This document shows positions 40,582 through 50,117 of a stretch of 64,000 nt of DNA, in pieces (positions within the stretch are counted from its first letter, which is position 1; every line of letters begins with the position of its first letter). The stretch covers positions 127,151-191,150 of the forward strand of contig CAZVXT010000001.1 in assembly GCA_964631145.1 (NCBI GenBank), written 5' to 3'. The position numbers and the translations under genes are program-made. The notes under the pieces were generated by a model. That model was not told where the DNA came from and did no database searches. It saw only the letters and a program-made list of their open reading frames with translations. Origin of the DNA: an uncultured Candidatus Saccharibacteria bacterium (GTDB lineage Bacteria > Patescibacteriota > Doudnabacteria > UBA920).

Positions 40582-40649
40582 GCTACGGGGAATCGAACCC
40601 CGATTACCAGGATGAAAACCTGGCGTCCTAACCATTAGACGATAGCGCC
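40575..40649 (-). tRNA. tRNA-Glu (anticodon UUC)
   Basis: Minus strand: GGCGCTA TC GTCTAATGGTTAGGAC G CCAGG TTTTCAT CCTGG TAAT CGGGG TTCGATT CCCCG TAGCGCT A CCA. Cloverleaf with G1-U72, anticodon TTC, encoded CCA. Confidence 0.85.
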
Positions 40650-40748
40650 GTATTTAATTTGTACTTCAATATTCTACTATAATTGCCACTTTTTTTCAAG
40701 TCCCAGACTTGGTATAATTATTAAGAAATAGTAATACTTTGACTAAAT

Positions 40749-41684
40749 ATGAATGAAATTTATAACACAATTATAGTTGGTTCTGGTCCAGCTGGATTAA
40801 CAGCTGCTTTATACACGTCTAGAGCTGGTCTTAAACCTTTGGTGATAGCTGGTCTAGAGCCGGGTGGACAGCTAATGTGGACAACAGAAGTTGAAAATTA
40901 CCCTGGTTTTCCAGACGGTATTATGGGTCCAGACTTAATGGGTAATATGCGTCAGCAGGCAGAAAAGTTTGGAGCAGAAATAAAAAACGAAACCGCAAGT
41001 AAAGTTGATTTTTCTAACAAACCTTTTGTGGTAACTACCGAAAATGGAAGCTATCAAGCTCATACAGTTATTATTGCAACTGGTGCAGAAGCAAAATGGC
41101 TTGGACTTTCAAACGAACAGCGTCTTCGTGGTAAAGGTGTTTCTGCATGTGCTACTTGTGACGGCTTCTTTTTTAGAGGTAAAGAAGTTGTAGTAATTGG
41201 TGGTGGAGATAGTGCTATGGAAGAGGCTTTGTTTTTAACTAAGTTTGCTAGTCAAGTAACATTGGTACACCGTAGCGAACAATTTAAAGCTTCTAAGATT
41301 ATGCTAGGTCGTGCTCATAGTAATGACAAGATTAAATTTATTACTAACAGTACAGTTGTAGATGTGTTGGGCGAAAATAATGTCACTGGAATTAAAATTA
41401 AAAATAACGCTACTGCAGAAGAAAGCGTAATAGATTGCAGTGGCTATTTTGCAGCTATTGGGCGTAGTCCAGCTACAAAAATTTTTATAGAAGCTGGAAT
41501 CACTGCTGATGACCGTGGCTATATTGTTCCTCAAGAATTTACTTCTACTAACATCGAAGGTGTTTTTGTGGCAGGAGATGTTCATGATCATCGTTATCGT
41601 CAAGCTGTAACAGCAGCAGGGGAAGGATGTAAGGCGGCTATTGATGTAGAAAAATATTTAGCCGAAAAAAATATTGCCGAATAA
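40749..41684 (+). CDS. trxB: Thioredoxin-disulfide reductase
   Basis: 'GSGPAGLTAALY' FAD motif. Redox-active 'CATCDG'. 'GGGDSAMEEA' NADPH motif. TTCAAG-n-TATAAT promoter upstream. Confidence 0.9.
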   Translation: MNEIYNTIIVGSGPAGLTAALYTSRAGLKPLVIAGLEPGGQLMWTTEVENYPGFPDGIMGPDLMGNMRQQAEKFGAEIKNETASKVDFSNKPFVVTTENGSYQAHTVIIATGAEAKWLGLSNEQRLRGKGVSACATCDGFFFRGKEVVVIGGGDSAMEEALFLTKFASQVTLVHRSEQFKASKIMLGRAHSNDKIKFITNSTVVDVLGENNVTGIKIKNNATAEESVIDCSGYFAAIGRSPATKIFIEAGITADDRGYIVPQEFTSTNIEGVFVAGDVHDHRYRQAVTAAGEGCKAAIDVEKYLAEKNIAE

Positions 41685-41690
41685 AATAAA

Positions 41691-41722
41691 GCACTTCCAT
41701 AATGTGAAGTGCTTTTTAAATA
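41691..41722. terminator. Bidirectional terminator
   Basis: AAAGCACTTC-cataatgt-GAAGTGCTTT + TTT. Confidence 0.75.
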
Positions 41723-41763
41723 AATAAAAAAGCGACTGCTAATTGCAATCGCATAAATAATTC

Positions 41764-42417
41764 TTAAAACTTATAAGCAAACGTTGCCACCAGATGTGGC
41801 TTTAAAGTTTTTTCTTTTAAGTCGGTATAAACAATGCCTCCAACAGTAATCTTTTTGGTTAGGTCATATGTTCCTCCAAAACCTTGATAGTTGGCACGGG
41901 TGCCAGTTTTAAAAGCAAACAAGTAATCTGCGTAATAAAACAGGTTAGTTTTTTGATATTTAAAACCAACATTGGTAATTAACTTGTCAGTATGATCGCC
42001 CTGTTTTGCATTGGGGCTAACTGACAAAAAGTTTGCAGCTCTGGCGTTAAAAGAAAGTTTTTTGTTAATTTTATGCTTATACTGCAAGTCGTTGGACAAT
42101 AAAGCCTGATAAGAATTGGTGTTTCTTTTACGGCTTGTAACTTGAATGCCCAATCCGGCAGATAGTTGCAAGTTATCCTTCTCGGTATTCTTGTTAATAA
42201 CTTTTGCTTGTAAAGAAAATCTAATGCGTTTTTGAGCAGTTAGATTTTTATACCAAATCTGTGTATTAACGCCCATTGTCTTGTTCCAAAAATTATTAAC
42301 TACGAGCTTATTCCAGTCATGTGGATCAATGCTTAGATTTACCACAGTTGTGCTTTGTCCAAAGCTGGGCAATGTAACTGCAAAAAATAAACAAAATAAA
42401 ATTAAGAATTTCTTCAT
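41764..42417 (-). CDS. Secreted beta-barrel-like protein (OMP-like, C-terminal Phe)
   Basis: Signal peptide 'MKKFLILFCLFFAVTLPSFGQ'. Alternating amphipathic beta-strand pattern. C-terminal 'FAYKF'. Confidence 0.5.
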   Translation of the reverse strand: MKKFLILFCLFFAVTLPSFGQSTTVVNLSIDPHDWNKLVVNNFWNKTMGVNTQIWYKNLTAQKRIRFSLQAKVINKNTEKDNLQLSAGLGIQVTSRKRNTNSYQALLSNDLQYKHKINKKLSFNARAANFLSVSPNAKQGDHTDKLITNVGFKYQKTNLFYYADYLFAFKTGTRANYQGFGGTYDLTKKITVGGIVYTDLKEKTLKPHLVATFAYKF

Positions 42418-42605
42418 TTTTCCTCCAATATTCTGATATTTTTGTTAAATCGCTATAAAATATAGCTCTTTATTATATCTAATTTGCATAAAATGTCAAG
42501 ATTAATTTAACCAATTGTATATTGACAGTTTTTAATAATTATGGTATTTTGATTAGTCATAAATTTATTTATGAAAATTTAAAAATATTTCTAGGAGGAA
42601 ATAAA

Positions 42606-43700
42606 ATGTCACAACAATTTAAAGTTAAAAAAGGTCCAGTTTTTGGTGGGGTTATCTTTATTATCTTAGTCTTCGTTTTGGTTTATTGGCTGTTGAGTTA
42701 CTTTAATGTTTTTGGCGGTCATAATGCTAATAACAATGTTACTCAGAGCAATAGGTCTTCTGGTCTCGACGGGGTTAATTCTCAGTCTTCAGCACCGACA
42801 TTAAATAACGGCAAATACGATGTTGTTGTCCCGGATTTCGGACGAAAAAATCGTAATTCGTTTCCGGTTTCAGAATCTTTAATGCCGAACAAACAATGTA
42901 TGATTACTATGTGTTTAGTTAAAAGGTGGTTGTTTACATTTGCGTTTAAGACCGATGGCAAAAATCAAGAACTGGTTTATTCTAACGCTAATCAGCTATT
43001 GTTTGATTTAGCATTAGAAAAAGAAGCTAATAAAAATGCAGAAAATTTTAATAGACTGGCAATTGGCGAACTTCGTTCTGCCAATGCAGAGTGTGCAACA
43101 CCTTCAAATAAGCCTGGTAATATTCAATTTTTTATGAATTCAACGGCTGCACAATTGCCGGGAGTAATCGCGGCTAAGCCAGGAATTTCAGAAAAATTTG
43201 TTGTTACAACAACTGATGTTACAAAGGAAGGAGAAGGTGGTCTATTGTCGGCTATACCTGATTCTTTAAAACGCAACGCTGCTGTTTGGGACTTAACATC
43301 TGATTTTTCAAGAATCTCTTATTATGATCAGAATGGCAATCCTAAAACTAATAAGGAAGAAGGATTGGGATATGACTTTTATTCAAAAAAAGTTGATCCA
43401 GAAGTCATTCGACAAAAAGCCATTGATGCTGTTAATAGGATCCCGGCACAAAATCGGCAAAACATTATTATCATTTGGACAGCCCTTAAAAACTTGGGCT
43501 ACAAAGATAATAATCAACCGTATATGTATCTGGGCGAGATTCAAGGTTACAGCTTTACGTCTATTGAAGATGAAAAAATGATGGTAAAAAGCGGATTGTT
43601 TATTTTAAATACCGCTCAAAATGAGCTGGACAATGAAATGGTTTATAGTTTGAAAGACCACTTTACAATTGGTCTGACTAAATTAATGTTCAAAAATTAA
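42606..43700 (+). CDS. Hypothetical membrane-anchored secreted protein (365 aa)
   Basis: GGAGGA SD before the ATG at 42606 (the track start 42522 lacks an SD). N-terminal TM helix. Confidence 0.55.
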   Translation: MSQQFKVKKGPVFGGVIFIILVFVLVYWLLSYFNVFGGHNANNNVTQSNRSSGLDGVNSQSSAPTLNNGKYDVVVPDFGRKNRNSFPVSESLMPNKQCMITMCLVKRWLFTFAFKTDGKNQELVYSNANQLLFDLALEKEANKNAENFNRLAIGELRSANAECATPSNKPGNIQFFMNSTAAQLPGVIAAKPGISEKFVVTTTDVTKEGEGGLLSAIPDSLKRNAAVWDLTSDFSRISYYDQNGNPKTNKEEGLGYDFYSKKVDPEVIRQKAIDAVNRIPAQNRQNIIIIWTALKNLGYKDNNQPYMYLGEIQGYSFTSIEDEKMMVKSGLFILNTAQNELDNEMVYSLKDHFTIGLTKLMFKN

Positions 43701-43793
43701 CTTTTTGAATCACAAGGAAGTTTATATAGCTTCCTTTTTATTTTTCTTAAATTTATTAGAAATAAAAAACGCCATAAGGCGTTTTTTTGTAGT

Positions 43794-44354
43794 TTAGTTA
43801 TTTACGCGTTCGATGTATTCTGCGGTATCGGTGTTGATTTTGATTACATCACCTTCTTTGATAAACATCGGAGCTTGGACCATTAAGCCTGTTTCCATTT
43901 TTACTGGTTTAGTTACGTTTCCGCCACTATTACCAGTTACCCCTGGGGGAGCTTCTACAACCTTAAGGTCAACTTTAATTGGAAGTTCAATTGATACTGG
44001 CTTACCGTTAAAACGAAGAACAATCACTTTAGTACCTTCAATTAAAAATGGCTCTTGTTCTAAAGTTACTTCTTTTGGAAAATCTATAGTTTCGTAAGTC
44101 TCATTGTTCATAAAATGAGTACCTTCGTCATCGGCATATAAGAAATTTGCGTTTTCTCGTGTTACATCTGCAGATTCTACTTTTTCTCCAAATTTAAAGC
44201 TATACTCCAATACTTTGCCAGTAATTACATTACGAAGCTTAGCTTGCATAACTGGCTTGCGCTGCGCTGTGCGCATGCGGTTAGACCATATTACTTGAAA
44301 AGGTTCTTTGTTCATTAGAACAATCGCACCTAATTTTACATCGTTTAAATCCAT
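43794..44354 (-). CDS. efp: Elongation factor P
   Basis: 186 aa. KOW/OB arrangement. 'GKVLEYSFKFGEKVE' and 'KPVSIELPIKVDLKVVEAPPGVTGNS' are typical of EF-P. Confidence 0.85.
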   Translation of the reverse strand: MDLNDVKLGAIVLMNKEPFQVIWSNRMRTAQRKPVMQAKLRNVITGKVLEYSFKFGEKVESADVTRENANFLYADDEGTHFMNNETYETIDFPKEVTLEQEPFLIEGTKVIVLRFNGKPVSIELPIKVDLKVVEAPPGVTGNSGGNVTKPVKMETGLMVQAPMFIKEGDVIKINTDTAEYIERVNN

Positions 44355-44520
44355 TTTATTTTCGGCTTTATGAGTCCGGATTTATTCAAACCAATTATTT
44401 TATGAACCCGCGCCCAAAAGCCTCTCCTTATAACATATCCATAAATGCAAATTATTTAAAATATCTTGGAGAAAAATCTGCACTTATGAATTGTATTATC
44501 TAATTAAGAATTAAAATATC

Positions 44521-44571
44521 AGCAAACTAGTAAGAATTTTTAAATTTTCTTAATAATTTGCTGATACTGTT
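44521..44571 (-). terminator. Long nested hairpin terminator after rpsR
   Basis: ATCAGCAAA...TTTGCTGAT 9-bp stem enclosing a TAAGAA/TTCTTA inner stem, followed by a T-run on the minus strand. Confidence 0.55.
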
Positions 44572-44572
44572 T

Positions 44573-44806
44573 TTATGGTGCTACGAAAGGTAGTAAAGCC
44601 ATGTGGCGTGCACGTTTTAGTGCAACAGTGATCATGCGTTGGTGCTTTGGGCAAGAGCCAGTGCGGCTACGAGCTAAGATCTTTGCATGAGGTGACATAA
44701 AACGACGTAGCGTTTGAGTGTCTTTGTAATCTACTGTAGAAAGTTTGTTAGAACAAAAGTAGCAAACTTTTTTTACAGGTTGGTTGTTATTAGTTGGTTT
44801 AGGCAT
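44573..44806 (-). CDS. rpsR: 30S ribosomal protein bS18
   Basis: 'CYFC...VDYKDTQTLRRFMS...GSCPKHQRMITVALKRARHMALLPF'. Confidence 0.9.
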   Translation of the reverse strand: MPKPTNNNQPVKKVCYFCSNKLSTVDYKDTQTLRRFMSPHAKILARSRTGSCPKHQRMITVALKRARHMALLPFVAP

Positions 44807-44822
44807 GTTAGTTAAATATTAT

Positions 44823-45290
44823 TTAAAACGGAATATCATCTACATTTATCTCTTCGGCTTGTATTGTTGGAAGCTCTTCTTCGTAGTTTGATTGAGGTTT
44901 TTGAGCAGGTCCGCTTTGGTTAGAATAATTATTTTCTGAACCATTGCCGCCATTGCCACGTCCGCCATCAAGCATGATCATGTTATCTGCAATAATTTCG
45001 GTGCGGTTTTTCTTTTGACCGTCTTGAGCATCCCAGCTACGAGTTTGAATTCTTCCTTCGATATAAACTCTTTGACCTTTTTTAAGATATTGACTAGCAA
45101 TTTCTGCTAATTTTCTCCATGCAACTATATTGTGGTATTCAACTTGTTCAACTTTTTGACCAGTTTGTTGGTTATTATACACATAGTTTGTCGCAATGCT
45201 AAATTGGCAAACATTGGCACCACCTGGAGTAGTGCGAAGTTCTGGATCGCGAGTGAGGCGACCGATAATCATAGCTTTATTAAGATCCAT
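44823..45290 (-). CDS. ssb: Single-stranded DNA-binding protein
   Basis: OB fold 'MIIGRLTRDPELRTTPGG'. Gly/Asn-rich tail ending in acidic 'DDIPF'. Confidence 0.9.
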   Translation of the reverse strand: MDLNKAMIIGRLTRDPELRTTPGGANVCQFSIATNYVYNNQQTGQKVEQVEYHNIVAWRKLAEIASQYLKKGQRVYIEGRIQTRSWDAQDGQKKNRTEIIADNMIMLDGGRGNGGNGSENNYSNQSGPAQKPQSNYEEELPTIQAEEINVDDIPF

Positions 45291-45333
45291 AATGTAGTTT
45301 GATTTTTTTGGTTGAAATAACCAAAGTTTAATT

Positions 45334-45783
45334 TTAGATTAAGTCTTCAGATAATGCTTTTTCGATTTTTTCATCTAATTTTGCACTGCCTGCTTCTTTT
45401 GGTTCGTTAGAAGTTTTTTCATCTTCCATTTTTACTGGACGATTTTTAACCATCTTTGCTTGAGCAACTTCGTCTTTACCACTACGAGCAATATGGTCTT
45501 CTAAGTTGATAATCAAAGAACGAATAATTGTGTTCTTTTGAGTTCTGATCTTTGCTTCAAATGTATTAACCTTTGCTGCAGGCATTTCGAAGTTGATTAC
45601 TCCGTAATGACCGTTGCGGGTTTTTTTGATTGTGTAAGCAAGTTTCTTTTTACCAAGCAATTCGTGCTTGATGTCTGTGCCGCCAAAATCAGCGACTTGT
45701 TGCTCAATTTGAGCAGTTGTTTCTGGAACTATGTCATCAGAAACAGAGGAGGCGAGAATGTACATTAATTCATATCTCGGCAT
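45334..45783 (-). CDS. rpsF: 30S ribosomal protein bS6 (with an acidic C-terminal extension)
   Basis: 'MPRYELMYILASS' start (ATG at 45783 with an AAGGAA SD; the track start 45828 is less likely). rpsF-ssb-rpsR synteny. Confidence 0.85.
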   Translation of the reverse strand: MPRYELMYILASSVSDDIVPETTAQIEQQVADFGGTDIKHELLGKKKLAYTIKKTRNGHYGVINFEMPAAKVNTFEAKIRTQKNTIIRSLIINLEDHIARSGKDEVAQAKMVKNRPVKMEDEKTSNEPKEAGSAKLDEKIEKALSEDLI

Positions 45784-46028
45784 AAGGATTCCTTTCTTAT
45801 TGGAATTACTGAATATAGTATTTTCCAAATCCTTATCTCTATAAAAATAGAGAATATTAATTAAATGTTTACGGAACTTTTATAGCATAACATTGTTAGC
45901 TTCAAGAAAATGTAAATTTCCTTTAAAAATCCTATAAATTTCTTTAATTTTAACTAATTTTTATAGTTTTGTCTAGTATTGACTTAGATTAAAAAATATT
46001 GTATGCTGACAAAAAATATGGAGGAAAT

Positions 46029-46553
46029 ATGACCAAAAATCCAGGTAAGCATATGTTTAATATGCTATTGCAAAATAGCGGTCCACGATATGATCATGAC
46101 GCATTAGATTTTATGAAAAAACTTTATCCTGTAATTCCTGAAAATAAATTAATTCCTTATAAGGTAATTGCTAATTTAGAAGCTAATGTTTTCAAATTAA
46201 CTGTTATGGACCATTGGTTGTTAGTTATTTTTTTGTTTAATAAAGAAAAAGCCAAAACCCTTATTGATAGTAGAGTTATTTTGTATTCAAACTCCGCTGA
46301 TCAAGTTTTGATCAATGATACCTATCGGGGCTTGTTGCCTCGGCAATTATTAGGCACTGATTATAAAAATGTTAAAAATTCGCAATTTGAATCAATCAGA
46401 AGTAATATGAATAAAATAATAGATAACATTGCCAGCTTGGCAGTATCAGATCCGGTTGATCTGTTGCATGACTTATATTTGCTTCCAAGACCTAAATGGC
46501 AATCTGTTGGATTTTTTATTACTAGAGCAAAAATAATGCAAATTTATTGTTAA
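46029..46553 (+). CDS. Hypothetical protein
   Basis: GGAGGA SD before the ATG at 46029. Terminator AGACCCTC-ctaagaaa-GAGGGGTTTTTATTT downstream. Confidence 0.5.
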   Translation: MTKNPGKHMFNMLLQNSGPRYDHDALDFMKKLYPVIPENKLIPYKVIANLEANVFKLTVMDHWLLVIFLFNKEKAKTLIDSRVILYSNSADQVLINDTYRGLLPRQLLGTDYKNVKNSQFESIRSNMNKIIDNIASLAVSDPVDLLHDLYLLPRPKWQSVGFFITRAKIMQIYC

Positions 46554-46689
46554 ATAATAGACCCTCCTAAGAAAGAGGGGTTTTTATTTGTCTTATTTTT
46601 TTAAAAATCCACGTGCTAGATTTTTTAAAAAAGTATATAATATTAACAAATCCATATAGGATTTTAATTTTTTTGGAGGAAATATTAGT

Positions 46690-47085
46690 ATGCAATCAGT
46701 TAGTAAAGTAACCGATATAAATTTGCCAAAATCTATGGCAAGTTCGATTGTTACCCTAAAGAATAATAGTGGAAGAGGTTTTGCTAAAGATTTAATTTTA
46801 TGGGTTGTTAATAGTTTTGAGAATCCAGAAAATATTAAACGTATGATCGAAGAAAGAATATTTTTTTCTAAAGCCAATGCTATATGTTTAAGACGAGATA
46901 GCGGGGTTGAGCTTTCTTTGGCTAATCTTATAGATATGGTTAAAAATGCTAAGAAGAAATTGCGAAGAGGGGTTTATTATCTTAAAGAAAGTTGCTTTAA
47001 ATTAATTGTCGAAAATGCACATGAAGGTGCAAATAGAGTAGTTTTGAAACGTGGTGCATTACGCAGAGTTTATCAAAAGTTTTAA
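46690..47085 (+). CDS. Hypothetical protein (131 aa)
   Basis: TGGAGGAAAT SD. Followed by the terminator AAACGCAGG-aaaatat-CCTGCGT + T7. Confidence 0.5.
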   Translation: MQSVSKVTDINLPKSMASSIVTLKNNSGRGFAKDLILWVVNSFENPENIKRMIEERIFFSKANAICLRRDSGVELSLANLIDMVKNAKKKLRRGVYYLKESCFKLIVENAHEGANRVVLKRGALRRVYQKF

Positions 47086-47128
47086 ACTTTTCTAAATAAA
47101 AACGCAGGAAAATATCCTGCGTATTTTT

Positions 47129-48214
47129 TTATCTATTAAAATGAAAATGAACCACATCGCCGTCTTGCATAACATACTCTTTGCCTTCCATACGTAACCA
47201 ACCCTTTTCTTTTGCTTGCACATAACCGCCAGCTTCTAGAAGTTTATCGTAGCCAATTACTTCGGCACGAATAAACCCTTTTTCAAAGTCTGTATGAATT
47301 ACTCCCGCAGCTCCAGGAGCTTTTGTCCCTGCTGGGCAAGTCCATGCTTTGCTTTCCATGGGTCCTGCAGTAATAAAAGTAATTAAGCCTAGCGTTTGAT
47401 AAGCTGCTTTGATGATTTTGTCCAAACCGCTTTCGGACATACCTATCTCTTGCAAATAAGAGGTTCTGTCCTCATCTTCTAATTCTGATAACTCGCTTTC
47501 CAGCTGGGCGTCTATAATTAAAGCGTTGCTCGGCATTGGGTCTGGAACATTGCTATATGTTTTTGCGCTCATGTCGTAGCTGCTATTAAAAGCATACAAA
47601 AATGGTTTTGTCGTTAGGAGTTGAATATCCTTAGTGGCAGACTTTTCTTCATCACTTAAGTTTACTGTGTTTGCCATTTGACCTGCTTCTAAAGCAGCTT
47701 TATATTTTTCCAGCACTGTCTGCTTAATTTTTGCAATACGGTCCCCAGACTTTACTAGCTTGCTATTAGATTCTAAACGCTTGTCTACATTTTGCAGATC
47801 GGCAAGTTGTAGTTCTATGGCAATGGTTTCCATATCTCGTTTTGCATCTACAGATCCATTTACATGAATAATATCGTCATTATTAAAGACGCGCGTGACT
47901 TCTAAAATTGCATCAACTTCACGAATATGTGATAAGAACTGATTTCCCAAACCTTCACCTTTATGGGCACCGCTAACAAGCCCAGCTATATCAACAAATT
48001 CAATGCTTGTCGGTACGATTTTTGCGCTTTTTTCTTGCACTGCTAACTTAGCAAGCCTATCATCAGGTACAGGAACAACGCCAACATTAGGGTCGATGGT
48101 TGCAAAAGGGTAGTTAGCTGCTTCAACTTGAGATTTGGTTATTGCATTAAATAAAGTTGATTTTCCTACATTTGGTAAACCAACGATTCCGATTGTCTGT
48201 TTTGAACCCGACAT
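47129..48214 (-). CDS. ychF: Ribosome-binding ATPase YchF (Obg family)
   Basis: 'GIVGLPNVGKSTLFNAIT' G1 motif. C-terminal TGS domain 'GFIRAEVI'. 361 aa. Confidence 0.9.
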   Translation of the reverse strand: MSGSKQTIGIVGLPNVGKSTLFNAITKSQVEAANYPFATIDPNVGVVPVPDDRLAKLAVQEKSAKIVPTSIEFVDIAGLVSGAHKGEGLGNQFLSHIREVDAILEVTRVFNNDDIIHVNGSVDAKRDMETIAIELQLADLQNVDKRLESNSKLVKSGDRIAKIKQTVLEKYKAALEAGQMANTVNLSDEEKSATKDIQLLTTKPFLYAFNSSYDMSAKTYSNVPDPMPSNALIIDAQLESELSELEDEDRTSYLQEIGMSESGLDKIIKAAYQTLGLITFITAGPMESKAWTCPAGTKAPGAAGVIHTDFEKGFIRAEVIGYDKLLEAGGYVQAKEKGWLRMEGKEYVMQDGDVVHFHFNR

Positions 48215-49796
48215 AATTTGAATTAGTTAATGGTAAGTATCCTGTGACTTGCAGCTGATTTTTATCGCTTACAACCTTTTCAACAGTATTGAGTATTATT
48301 GCCCGTTTAGGTTCAAATTTCAAATCCTGTAAGGTCTTTTTAGCTTTTTCGGCAAATGCTTTAATGTCACGTTGGCTGGGTGCTTCCAAGAGCGTTTGGT
48401 TAGCTTGGTCGGTAGTGTTTGCGACTTGTGCTTCAAGTTTAGTGATTTTATCTCGAAGGGGGATAGTATATTCTTTAAGTTGCTCTAAAGTAAATGCTCC
48501 AGCTCCGTAACCTTTGTTATATCGTTCAATCTGACCGTTTAATTTACTGATTTCCTTTTTGGTAGCTTCAACATCTACCAAAGTAGATTTTGCTTTGATT
48601 TGTCGGTTCTTGAGCCAGCGTTCAACCTGTTCGGCTAATAACTTGGGAGAGCTCATCAAGCCAGAAACCTTTTTCCATACCAGTTCATCAGCAACTCTTG
48701 CGTTGATACCTCTTTCTTCACATTTAGGCGGCAAAGGGAAACTTAATGTTCTGTCAGTGCAGCGGTAATATAGGTTTGGCTTATTATAATAGCCTTCACC
48801 CATCCGCTTTCTACCGCATACGCAATCAATTTTCCCAGACAGTAAATACTGATTTTTCTTATTGCGTTTACACAGAGCAAAGTTTGTCTTTAGCTGTTGG
48901 CCTGCTTTTTCAAAAACTTTTGGTTCAATAATTGCAGGAATGGGTATTGTTATCCATTCTTCGGTAGGTCGTAACCTACGACTGGTCTTTTTCTGCTTTT
49001 TATACTTTTCGTTTTTGAGCGGTCTTTCTGGAACAACAGCGTAAGAAGCTCCATAATGGGCTTCGCCAATATAACCCTTGTGTCGCAGCATAGTGCTTAA
49101 GGTGCTGGTGCTCCATACGCCTCTTTTGCTGTTACGTGGCCTAATACCAAGCTGTTGTAGCTTCCTGACTATGGCTCGCAGTGTCATTCCGTCATTAGCT
49201 ACCCAAGAGAATATCATTTTTACAACTCGTGCTTCCTCTGGATTGATTTCATAATAACCGTGTTGCTTATCCTGTTTCGGGATGTAGTTATAACCGTAAA
49301 GGGGATGCGTTGTAAGAATATGTCCTTCTTTTACCTTTCGCAGTTTGCCAAGTCTAAATCTTTCGGCAATTTTCGCACGCTCATATTCAGCAAACAAACC
49401 TCTAACACCGTGCAGAATTTTATCTTCGCTATTTTTTGGTGCAGGAACAGTAACAAAGATAACTTCCACTCCAGCTTCCCGCAACTCATCCATTACTAAT
49501 TCTTGGTAGGAATAACGGCGAGCCAATCGGTCAGGGTCGTAGATAAGCACGGCTTCCCAAACTCTGTCTTTGCTTTTCGCATCCAGTCGAAGCCTATCCA
49601 GTGCTGGGCGTTCCAAAATATCGCCGCTCCAGTCATCATCCTTATACTCCTGAACTATCTGCCAATTATTTTTTCCAGCCAGCTCACTAAAAGTCATTAG
49701 CTGGTTTTTTATGGTGCGTTCTTCTTCGTCAGGATTTTCAGATACACGAGCGTATGTAGCGATTAGCTTAAATTGTTTGTCTGCTTCTGGTGTCAT
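48147..49796 (-). CDS. Large serine recombinase (resolvase catalytic domain + recombinase domain + zinc ribbon + coiled coil)
   Basis: 'YARVSENPDEEERTIKNQL' (catalytic Ser region). 'VLIYDPDRLARR'. Cys cluster 'CVCGRK...YYRCTD'. 549 aa. Confidence 0.85.
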   Translation of the reverse strand: MTPEADKQFKLIATYARVSENPDEEERTIKNQLMTFSELAGKNNWQIVQEYKDDDWSGDILERPALDRLRLDAKSKDRVWEAVLIYDPDRLARRYSYQELVMDELREAGVEVIFVTVPAPKNSEDKILHGVRGLFAEYERAKIAERFRLGKLRKVKEGHILTTHPLYGYNYIPKQDKQHGYYEINPEEARVVKMIFSWVANDGMTLRAIVRKLQQLGIRPRNSKRGVWSTSTLSTMLRHKGYIGEAHYGASYAVVPERPLKNEKYKKQKKTSRRLRPTEEWITIPIPAIIEPKVFEKAGQQLKTNFALCKRNKKNQYLLSGKIDCVCGRKRMGEGYYNKPNLYYRCTDRTLSFPLPPKCEERGINARVADELVWKKVSGLMSSPKLLAEQVERWLKNRQIKAKSTLVDVEATKKEISKLNGQIERYNKGYGAGAFTLEQLKEYTIPLRDKITKLEAQVANTTDQANQTLLEAPSQRDIKAFAEKAKKTLQDLKFEPKRAIILNTVEKVVSDKNQLQVTGYLPLTNSNYVGFKTDNRNRWFTKCRKINFI

Positions 49797-49972
49797 TTAA
49801 TTTTATGCTTTTCTAAAAATTTACTAACTTCGGTTTTTGGAATGCGAAGCAGAGAAGTCTTGCCATCACCAAGCTTATAACCTTTAAGCGAGCCACTTTT
49901 AAGCCAGCGCAATATGGTGCGCTTGTGAACTCTTAATTCTTTTGCTACTTCTTCCAATGTGAGAAATTCCAT
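49793..49972 (-). CDS. Excisionase/MerR-like HTH DNA-binding protein (59 aa), translationally coupled to the recombinase (ATGA overlap)
   Basis: 'MEFLTLEEVAKELRVHKRTILRWLKSGSLKGYKLG...' is a classic Xis/HTH_17 domain. Below the 60-aa ORF-track cutoff; read directly from the sequence. Confidence 0.65.
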   Translation of the reverse strand: MEFLTLEEVAKELRVHKRTILRWLKSGSLKGYKLGDGKTSLLRIPKTEVSKFLEKHKIK

Positions 49973-50117
49973 AAGTTTATTATAGTCTTAATTGTCATCA
50001 GTTGTCAAATTGCCGTATTTCAGTAATGTTTCTTCAAATAAAAGGTCAAAGGCACTTTCAATCAGCCCATTGGTGTCTTCTATGGGCTGGTATCTCACTG
50101 AAGGCTGACTTCGTTTT

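Noticed and set aside
46593-46877. ORF (94 aa, minus strand) overlapping the 46690-47085 plus-strand gene
   Set aside because: The plus-strand gene has a strong SD and a downstream terminator. The minus ORF lacks both and overlaps the terminator of the upstream gene.
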